Of a stretch of 64,000 nucleotides of DNA, positions 1 to 9,875 are shown one piece after another (position 1 is the first letter of the stretch; every line of letters starts with the position of its first letter). The stretch lies in NCBI RefSeq assembly GCF_003918875.1, contig NW_025767189.1:62001-126000 (forward strand), read 5' to 3'. Source of the DNA: Haliotis rubra (taxonomy: Eukaryota). The notes beneath the pieces are model-generated. The model was not told where the DNA came from, made no database searches, and worked only from the letters and a program-made list of their open reading frames with translations. The translations under genes were made by a program, and so were the position numbers.

Positions 1-195
1 CTGCTAGCACCTGGTAACTAAGTGAGGGAAGTCAAGGACTGTAGTACAGCGCACATTCATTTGCAGATCCAGGTGTGCGTACGTGCGTGCGTGTGTGAAA
101 GTTTATTTAAAACTGTCATGAAAATGGGTGAAAATAAACTGTGCACGCCCTCTTTCTCAAAAAGATGTATCCGCCTTTGCTTATTCTCTTCTCAG

Positions 196-1413
196 GCATG
201 TCTGAGACAACAGGTGTCCAGTTGGGTAAATGGTGTCAGGACATCGACCAGTCAGAAACAATACACTCCAGCCACCAATACCTGACAATTGTCTTCCACA
301 CTAACGAGGATCAGTCAGGTGATGGCTTCAGGCTGAAGTACTGGACAGATGCCAGACATGATGAACAAGGTACTTACTCAACGCATACACAAACATAACA
401 TGCCACAGAATTTAAATCCAATTACTTGTGACAAGATGATTGACATGTGACATGATTCTACTTCTAAATGTTTGTTGCTGGAATTAATACTCTTGGGTAA
501 ACAAAATAAAGCGTGGGGGGTATATTTGGTATGAAAGATATTTAATCCATTGCAAATGATGATGCAGGATAAGGACTTTAACGGCATCTAGATTTGGAGA
601 TTTCAGAAATGAGAATACATGTAGCAAACCCTGTGAAGATTATCAGATGTATTCATATGTTTCGTCTTTAAAACCCATTCCACTACTCCTCCTAATAAGA
701 CCGCCTCCGTGGTGTAGTGGTTAGAGCGTCCGCCCGGAGAGCGGAAGGTCGCGGGTTCGATCCCCGACCGTGTCATACCATAAGACGTTAAAATATGGTA
801 CTTGTTGGTCCCTGCCTGGCTCTCGGCATTAATGGGTACAACAAGGACTGGTCGCCTCGGAGTCAGTATAATATGTCTGAGTGGGGTATTCATGCTTCTC
901 AATGGTATCTCAGTAGGCTAGCACTATAAAACCAGCTTAAGTCTGGGCTAGTACAAGCAGCCGCACATACACATACACACGCATGCACGTCGTCATATGA
1001 GCGAAATATTCTCAAGTACGACGTAAAACCAAATTTTCACCTCACCTCACTCCTCCTAATATCATTGCACAGTTTCAGGTCAGACTGGAGCCCTCGGGAA
1101 TGTAGGAGCTGTTGTTGGTGCCGTAGTAGGAGTCCTCGTACTGTTGGTTGTCATCATCATCATCATATTCTGTATCATCAGGAGACCTCTGTCAAAAGGT
1201 TCTGGGGGTTCTTCTGGGGGAAGTCAAGCCGCTCCTGTAGTGGTTTATCAGCCAAAGGAGCAAGTTATGTATGAAAGACCACCTGACTACCCTCCTCAGT
1301 ATGACCCACAACAAGGGTCAAAGTACAAAGTTCAAGGACATGGATATCCCCAGACTGGACCTGTTCAGGATCATGAAGTTTCACAGTTACTACATGTTAA
1401 GGAACATGTTTAA
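196..1413 (+). CDS. 3' part of a CUB-domain single-pass transmembrane protein (5' exons lie upstream of the window)
   Basis: Exon 196-369 (ctcag| ... CAAG|gtactt, phase 1/1) encodes GMSETTGVQLGKWCQDIDQSETIHSSHQYLTIVFHTNEDQSGDGFRLKY, the typical C-terminal half of a CUB domain. Exon 1073-1413 (cacag|; an in-frame alternative acceptor is at 1079) encodes a TM helix (AVVGAVVGVLVLLVVIIIIIFCII), an RR stop-transfer, and a cytoplasmic tail with PPDY and PPQY (PPxY) motifs; stop TAA 1411-1413. Confidence 0.8.
698..1048 (+). mobile_element. tRNA-headed SINE family A (Meta-domain-like body), full-length intronic copy
   Basis: A box (tggtgtagtgg) and B box (ggttcgatccc), body gtcataccataagacgttaaaatatggtac..., (ctcac)n tail, flanked by the TSD actcctcctaata. 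Near-identical copies at ~20291-20607 (+) and ~46342-46718 (-). The Meta-domain assignment is from memory. Confidence 0.85.
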
Positions 1414-1689
1414 TCTTGTTCTTGAGCTTTTCAAGTGAAGACCTATTCAAGAAATATGTATTCTTTCCCAGGGCCTCTCAAAAGGAATGAATATTCCAGC
1501 CAGTGCTTGTACATGATTATGCATGTTCTCAGGACAGTTCCAAGTGCATTATCTCAGTCAGTATCTATTGAAGAAAATAAAATATGTCAGCCAGGGCCTA
1601 ATATGAATACTCTCTTGACATAGCATCTTGAATGGGACGAATATTCCCAGCCAGGGCATGTTGAGAGTGATGAACATTCCTAATCAGAC

Positions 1690-4600
1690 CCTGTGCAGAG
1701 GGATGAAGATTCCAGACCAGGGCCTGTCCATGGGGATGAATATTCCCATCCAGGGCCGGTCCATGGGGATGAATATTCCCATCCAGGGTCTGTCCAGAGG
1801 GATGAATATTCTCAGCCAGAGCCGGTCCAGAGGGATGAATATTCCCATCCAGGGCCGGTCCAGAGGGATGAATATTCTCAGCCAGAGCCGGTCCAGAGGG
1901 ATGAATATTCTCAGCCAGAGCCGGTCCAGAGGGATGAATATTCTCAGCCAGGGCCGGTCCAGAGGGATGAATATTCTCAGCCAGAGCCGGTCCAGAGGGA
2001 TGAATATTCTCAGCCAGAGCCGGTCCAGAGGGATGAATATTCTCAGCCAGAGCCGGTCCAGAGGGATGAATATTCCCATCCAGGGCCGGTCCATGGGGAT
2101 GAATATTCCCATCCAGGGTCTGTCCAGAGGGATGAATATTCTCAGCCAGAGCCTGTCCAGAGGGATGAATATTCCCATCCAGGGCCGGTCCATGGGGATG
2201 AATATTCCCATCCAGGGTCTGTCCAGAGGGATGAATATTCTCAGCCAGAGCCGGTCCAGAGGGATGAATATTCCCATCCAGGGCCGGTCAATGGGGATGA
2301 ATATTCCCAGTCAGGGTCTGTCCAGAGGGATGAATATTCTCAGCCAGAGCCGGTCCAGAGGGATGAATATTCCCATCCAGGGCCGGTCCAGAGGGATGAA
2401 TATTCTCAGCCAGAGCCGGTCCAGAGGGATGAATATTCCCAGTCTGGGGTCGGTCCAGAGGGATGAATATTCTCAGCCAGAGCCGGTCCAGAGGGATGAA
2501 TATTCCCAGTCAGAGCCGGTCCAGAGGGATGAATATTCTCAGCCAGAGCCGGTCCAGAGGGATGAATATTCTCAGCCAGAGCCGGTCCAGAGGGATGAAT
2601 ATTCTCAGCCAGGGCCGGTCCAGAGGGATGAATATTCCCATCCAGGGCCGGTCCAGAGGGATGAATATTCCCAGTCAGAGCCGGTCCAGAGGGATGAATA
2701 TTCCCAGTCAGAGCCGGTCCAGAGGGATGAATATTCCCAGTCAGAGCCGGTCCAGAGGGATGAATATTCTCAGCCAGAGCCGGTCCAGAGGGATGAATAT
2801 TCCCAGCCAGGGTCTGTCCAGAGGGATGAATATTCCCAGTCAGAGCCGGGTCCAGAGGGATGAATATTCCCAGTCAGGGTCTGTCCAGAGGGATGAATAT
2901 TCCCATCCAGGGCCGGTCCAGAGGGATGAATATTCTCAGCCAGAGCCGGTCCAGAGGGATGAATATTCTCAGCCAGGGCCGGTCCAGAGGGATGAATATT
3001 CTCAGCCAGAGCCGGTCCAGAGGGATGAATATTCTCAGCCAGGGCCGGTCCAGAGGGATGAATATTCCCAGTCTGGGTCTGTCCAGAGGGATGAATATTC
3101 CCAGTCAGAGCCGGTCCAGAGGGATGAATATTCCCAGTCAGGGTCGGTCCAGAGGGATGAATATTCTCAGCCAGAGCCGTCCAGAGGGATGAATATTCTC
3201 AGCCAGAGCCGGTCCAGAGGGATGAATATTCCCAGTCAGGGTCTGTCCAGAGGGATGAATATTCCCAGTCTGGGTCTGTCCAGAGGGATGAATATTCCCA
3301 GTCTGGGTCTGTCCAGAGGGATGAATATTCCCAGTCAGAGCCGGTCCAGAGGGATGAATATTCTCAGCCAGAGCCGGTCCAGAGGGATGAATATTCTCAG
3401 CCAGAGCCGGTCCAGAGGGATGAATATTCCCAGTCTGAGGTCTGTCCAGAGGATGAATATTCCCAGTCAGAGCCTGTCCAGAGGATGAATATTCCCAGTC
3501 AGAGCCGGTCCAGAGGGATGAATATTCCCAGTCAGAGCCGTCCAGAGGGATGAATATTCTCAGTCAGAGCCGGTCCAGAGGGATGAATATTCTCAGTCAG
3601 AGCCGGTCCAGAGGGATGAATATTCCCAGCCAGAGCCGGTCCAGAGGGATGAATATTCCCAGTCAGAGCCGGTCCAGAGGGATGAATATTCCCAGCCAGG
3701 GCCGGTCCAGAGGGATGAATATTCCCAGTCAGAGCCGGTCCAGAGGGATGAATATTCCCAGTCTGGGTCTGTCCAGAGGGATGAATATTCTCAGCCAGAG
3801 CCGGTCCAGAGGGATGAATATTCTCAGCCAGAGCCGGTCCAGAGGGATGAATATTCCCAGTCAGAGCCGGTCCAGAGGGATGAATATTCCCAGTCTGGAG
3901 TCTGTCCAGAGGGATGAATATTCTCAGCCAGAGCCGGTCCAGAGGGATGAATATTCCCAGTCAGGGTCTGTCCAGAGGGATGAATATTCCCAGTCAGGGT
4001 CTGTCCAGAGGGATGAATATTCCCAGTCAGGGCTGTCCAGAGGGATGAATATTCTCAGTCAGAGCCGGTCCAGAGGGATGAATATTCCCAGTCAGAGCCG
4101 GTCCAGAGGGATGAATATTCTCAGCCAGAGCCGGTCCAGAGGGATGAATATTCTCAGCCAGAGCCGGTCCAGAGGGATGAATATTCTCAGCCAGAGCCAG
4201 TCCAGAGGGATGAATATTCCCAGTCAGGGTCTGTCCAGAGGGATGAATATTCCCATCCAGGGCCGGTCCAGAGGGATGAATATTCCCAGCCAGAGCCGGT
4301 CCAGAGGGATGAATATTCCCATCCAGAGCCGGTCCAGAGGGATGAATATTCTCAGCCAGAGCCGGTCCAGAGGGATGAATATTCCCAGTCAGAGCCGGTC
4401 CAGAGGGATGAATATTCCCAGTCAGAGCCGGTCCAGAGGGATGAATATTCTCAGCCAGAGTCGGTCCAGAGGATGAATATTCCCAGTCAGAGCCGGTCCA
4501 GAGGATGAATATTCCCATCCAGGGCCGGTCCAGAGGGATGAATATTCCCATCCAGGGCCGGTCCAGAGGGATGAATATTCTCAGCCAGAGCCGGTCCAGA

Positions 4601-5650
4601 GGGATGAATATTCCCAGCCAGAGCCGGTCCAGAGGGATGAATATTCCCAGTCAGGGTCTGTCCAGAGGGATGAATATTCTCAGCCAGAGCCGGTCCAGAG
4701 GGATGAATATTCCCAGCCAGAGCCGGTCCAGAGGGATGAATATTCCCATCCAGGGCCGGTCCAGAGGGATGAATATTCTCAGCCAGAGCCGGTCCAGAGG
4801 GATGAATATTCTCAGCCAGAGCCGGTCCAGAGGGATGAATATTCTCAGCCAGAGCAAGTCCAGAGGGATGAATATTCCCAGTCAGGGTCTGTCCAGAGGG
4901 ATGAATATTCCCATCCAGGGCCGGTCCAGAGGGATGAATATTCCCATCCAGGGCCGGTCCAGAGGGATGAATATTCCCATCCAGGGCGGTCCAGAGGATG
5001 AATATTCTCAGCCAGAGCCGGTCCAGAGGGATGAATATTCCCAGTCAGAGCCAGAGAGGGATGAATATTCCCAGTCAGAGCGGTCCAGAGGGATGAATAT
5101 TCTCAGCCAGAGCCGGTCCAGAGGGATGAATATTCCCAGTCAGAGCCGGTCAGAGGGATGAATATTCCCAGTCTGTCTGTCCAGAGGGATGAATATTCTC
5201 AGCCAGAGCCGGTCCAGAGGGATGAATATTCTCAGCTAGATCCGGTCCAGAGGGATGAATATTCCCATCCAGGGCCGGTCCAGAGGGATGAATATTCCCA
5301 TCCAGGGCCGGTCCAGAGGGATGAATATTCCCAGCCAGAGCCGGTCCAGAGGGATGAATATTCCCATCCAGGGCCGGTCCAGAGGGATGAATATTCCCAT
5401 CCAGGGCCGGTCCAGAGGGATGAATATTCCCATCCAGGGCCGGTCCAGAGGGATGAATATTCTCAGCCAGGGTCTGTCCAGAGGGATGAATATTCTCAGC
5501 CAATGGGCTGTCCAGAGGGATGAATATTCTCAACCATTGGACTGTCCAGAGGGATGAATATTCTCAGCCAGAGCCTGTCCAAAAACGATGGATATTCCCA
5601 GTCAGGGTCTGTCTACAGGGATGAATTTTCTCAGCCAGAGCCTGTCCAAT
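1690..5650. repeat. 33-bp minisatellite, ~120 units (consensus gtccagagggatgaatattc[t/c]cagccagagccg), with degenerate flanks ~1480-1690 and 5650-5790
   Basis: Directly visible head-to-tail units without spacers. It explains all ORF-track entries from 1628 to 5557 (11-aa periodicity: QRDEYSQPEPV / MNILSQSRSRG). Confidence 0.97.
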
Positions 5651-7213
5651 TCCCAGCCAGACTTGTGCAGAGGAAATTCGAAGAATATTCCATCAGAGCC
5701 TTTTGAGAAGGATGAATGCTCTCAGATGTAGCATGTTCAGAGGAGTGATTATACTCAACCTGTCCAGAAACATGAATATTCTCATCCGTCCAAGTTATGA
5801 TGACATAACTGCTGTGGTCCATAATGATATGGATAAAATCCAGATTGGACAATGTTTAGTCATACAAATTAATGTACATGCATGCAGACACAGAGACAAG
5901 AAATATTGGGCATTTTACCCTGACAAGAATTTGATAGTAACCTCATTTTGTATTAGGAATATTGCTGAGTACCAATACACTGGCAGTATGTACCAACTTA
6001 TATTAAAAGAAAAACATCAACTGGTTGTCCTATATGTGTTATGAATAATTATACTTATGTATTATTAAGCAAGTTGAAGATGAACAAGGTTTCCCATCTA
6101 TGGTATAAATATTTGTTTTGTGTATCAAGTGTTATTAAATAGTGAAATATCAACAGCTTATCCCATGGCTATGTTGTAAATGATTTCAGTCTGTCAGTCT
6201 GTTTCTTATGTTGTTGTTTTCTTATCACAGGAGCAGTTCTCATCTGCATGCAATTCTGACTGTTTATTATGAAATATATCCATTATGATGTACAATGTCT
6301 GTTGTAGTCTGTTCAAGGCCAGCAAGGTTTTAGTAGATTAATATTGATCATTTGCTTGTAAAGAGGAACCAAGCCTTATGCTACTGAGGGTGAGTCCCGT
6401 ATTGTGAAACTACCCAAAGGTGGCAAGCTGCAAGGGTATGAAGAAAGCCAGGCACCACTTACCAAGAACATATTTTTGTCTACTAGCATATGTTCAAGGA
6501 TAGAAACATGCGGAATTTGCCTGCAGTTCTGCAAAGTTACAAATGCCTGCAAATGCTGAAGGAATGCCCTCACGCTTTGGAGTATCCCAAGGTCCCATAG
6601 ACCAACGTGATATATTTTATGAGCGCCTCAACAAATTTGCTGCCAGTCATAATCGCCACAGTGGCCTGATACAGAACTAGTGTCACAAACAATAGACCCA
6701 TTCTGTCTCAATAAAAAATTACCTGAAGTCTTCCTGTCCCACCTGAAAGAAACCCAGCAGCTGTTCCCATTATCAAAACCTCGTAGAACATAACCTTTAT
6801 ATGTAAACATCACAGAATTAATTGTTTGATGAAATTGGTGACAGGTTAAACAATGCCACGTGTGTGGACCATAGGCGGATCCAGACGGGGAATACAGTAC
6901 TTTAAACTTTGGGTTTGGCTCTAAAACCCTATGTCCATTCCCCTTTTGTACTGGAATACAAAGCAGTATAAAGTTCCCTTCAAAGAGGGAGACATTGCTG
7001 AGGACGGGAAATATACCACCAAATCTGTGTCGCAAAGAGAAACCTTAATCAATAATACGACCACGGAAAGCCGTTCTTTATATTCAGAGAAAGCATGGCT
7101 GACACGAGCAATTAATGCCTTGACAGTTCGCCAAAACTCAAATAAGTTCTATCAATTTCTGTACGTTCCTAGCACATACGACAATTATAGTTCCATGGAT
7201 ATCTTCAAAGATT

Positions 7214-7362
7214 GAGTGAGTATGGTTTTACGCCGCTTTTAGCAATATTCCAGCAATAACACGGCTGGGGACACCAGAAATAGGCTTCACACATTGTACC
7301 CGTGTGGGGAATCGAACCCGGGCCTCGGCGTGACGAGCGAACGATTTAACCATTAGGCTACG
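7214..7362 (-). mobile_element. Short (~160 bp) tRNA-headed SINE family B; representative of ~20 copies
   Basis: Consensus ggggcggtggggtagcctagtggttaaagcgttcgctcgtcacgccgaagacccgggttcgattccccacatgggtacaatgtgtgaagcccatttctgg...gcggcgtaaaac(tcac)n. Other copies at approximately 9078(+), 10190(-), 16246(-), 20203(+), 21515(-), 23078(-), 27509(-), 28990(-), 43481(-), 43894(-), 44390(-), 50428(-), 50694(+, partial), 52587(-), 56484(-), 58328(+, partial), 60387(+), 63089(-), 63693(-). Several have 11-15 bp TSDs (tggttactcatga at 63680/63862; ctaagtaggtc around 60387-60555). Confidence 0.9.
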
Positions 7363-8214
7363 CCTCAGGGAGTAAGGACACTTGTCAAATGAGGAAGGAG
7401 ATGTTGCTAGTGCTACACAATTCAAAGTCTCGGTAAAGTTTACAGAAACGTTTATGTGGAGGACATTTACAAATTCTACTCACTCCCACTATATGCTGCA
7501 TTACTGCATTAGCCTGTTTCTTTGAAATTTAAATGGACTTTCTTTTTCAATTCCGTTAGTGTCTTTCAAAATTAAACTGTGAAACTAGGTAATATTGACT
7601 GAACGGGGCTGGGGGGTGGGGTTTCAGCTTCTCGTCATTGCTCTAATGGTCTGTTAGATCGGGAATTGTGGGTAATTAATAGTATCAATGGTAACAGAAT
7701 ATTGCGGAATAGGCCCATTCGTCACCTCTCGCCCCTTTCCGTAACCTCCAAGCTCTTTGGCTTGTCCCGGAATAACACGAGTTGGTCACGAATGGAATAG
7801 GCCATTACTTCGGGTCGCCATCTTCGGGAAGAATTATTTGGTAGAGTGTTAAATAATTTATTAAGATTTAACCAGAAATGAAAAGATAATGTGCTGAAGA
7901 TTTGAAAATACTTCAGATTATATTTCCGCAGTACACCTTATTAACCTTAACTTCTTTTAAGGTATGGTTGACTTTCAAAACAAAATATGTAAAGTCTGAG
8001 TTATACTTCAAATGTGAATCAGTTATAAGATAAACATGTCCTCTCTTCCTTGCATAGAGACTGCTTATCTGTCTTTGAACCCAAACATAGTTCCGTGACA
8101 GCTGGTTCTGAAACATTTGACGAAGGACAACTGACCTGCGCCCTCTTGCACAAAGAAGATTTTTTTTGCGTTGGCGGAGCCAATGGAGGGTTCAGGGGGT
8201 TTGAACCCCTTCAA

Positions 8215-8248
<34 letters not shown>

Positions 8249-9875
8249 TTTCTCATCAGGTTAATTCAATTTGCGTAAAGATACCTTCTGTTTAAAACAA
8301 AACTCCACAACGAATTATGAATTTAAATGACATGTTTACATCTTGGTTACGGGTCACTGGATTGTGATTTAAATGAAGTTTTCAAAACATAATATGTCTA
8401 TTTATGAAAGAAATCCGAATTCGTTCTTACAGACAATACATTATTTTTTAGACCACCCAGTAGGACCAGGGAAAACCTTTTTGTGTGTTCGAAAACAAAG
8501 TACTGTTTCCCAAGCGGAACCAGGGACAGATTATGAGTCCCAAAAAATCGCTTATACGTGTAAGCACAGTGGTCTTATCGATTTGACAGTTAATCCCAAA
8601 TTTAAGGGCATCACATGTCGCCAATTAAGGACATTATGACGATGTGTGTTGACGGTATTATAAATGGATCAGCTTCTCTAACAATTTATTGCATCTATTA
8701 TGTACAAGTCATAATAGATGGTGTTTAATGTACAATATCGATTTAGGCACCAGATGTGTCAAAGGTTAAACCTTATGCACTGTTGCTTCGAAACTGTCTT
8801 TAAAAGCGTCCATCCAAGCTGAATGACTGTAAAAGGGGTAAGTATGTTTATATATTATTCGAATGGAACTGAACAGTTTACCATTTAAACTTCAAAATGA
8901 ACTATTACTCATTGTGGAATCATAATTATCATAAGAATAAGGATTATTTGTGTATATAGTGTAATGGTTGTGATTGTGTGTGAGTTGTCAAAGGCTCTGT
9001 AATAACCTGAGGGCGTCACTGACTCTTGATACAAACCTGTCATAGAGTATAGGAATCTCAAATTCTCTCTGACTCGTGGACGGTGGGGTAGCTTAGTGGT
9101 TAAATTGTACGCTTGGCACGCCAATGACCTGGGTTCGGTTCCCCATATGGGCACAACGTGTTAAGCCCATTTCTGATGTCCCCCGCCGTGATATTGCTTG
9201 AATAATGCTAAAACCGGCGTAAACCTAAAGTCACTCCCTCTAGGGATGACTGTGGTTTGTCTGTCTAGGTTTGTCTGTATATTCTCTCTTTCTCTCTATC
9301 TCCCTCTTTCTCTCTCTCTCTCACACACATACACACGCACACATACACATTTCTATGTTTTCTGTTACCAGTACACTACTCTTTGTACGTAGCGCCTAAA
9401 TGATTCTATGCCGCGTTCCACTATTCACACAGTCCTGAAGCCATGTGTAACAGACCCCATGTTTTCAGCTAGCCAGTGATCGCTTCAGCCACAATATATT
9501 ACCTACGCTGCCGTTATAACCTCAGAATGAGTATGTGTACTTGCTCAAGGATCATTCACAGTCTCAGAGGTTGTAAGCACAAAGTTGCCCAAGCATATCT
9601 TGAACACATATTATAAGTATACTTTTCAAAACGAGTCATAGAAAACAAAGAATTAGAAGTCTATGTGCTGCGATATCCACCAGTTTGACAGAGTAACTAT
9701 TTACATAATTATGTAAAGATCGAATCTTCTCAATTTCTGTTGAGTAGTACGTCGTGTGTGTGTGTGTGTGTGCGCGCGCGCGTGCGTGTGTGTGTGTGAG
9801 TGAGACATAGTCATCTAGAAGACTTTACAATGTACTGATACAATTGTGTTATTGTCTTCAGGATATTTCGGAACA

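Noticed and set aside
700-775. Functional tRNA genes at SINE A/B/D heads
   Set aside because: They lack a proper acceptor stem and are fused to SINE bodies and tails with TSDs in many diverged copies.
1628-5557. Long ORF-track entries (MNILSQSRSRG, RIFIPLDR frames) as independent genes
   Set aside because: They are by-products of a stop-free 33-bp unit, with no start or splice context. Only the EYS frame is discussed, as a hypothesis.
1690-5650. CRISPR-like array (33-bp periodicity)
   Set aside because: Units are head-to-tail with no unique spacers, there are no cas genes, and the context is eukaryotic. The same applies to the arrays at 24019 and 49655.
6376-8639. Short ORFs (e.g. 6628-7035, 6931-7215) and a YY1-like gccatctt motif near 7817
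   Set aside because: No recognisable domains or consistent exon chain, and a single motif is insufficient to call a promoter.
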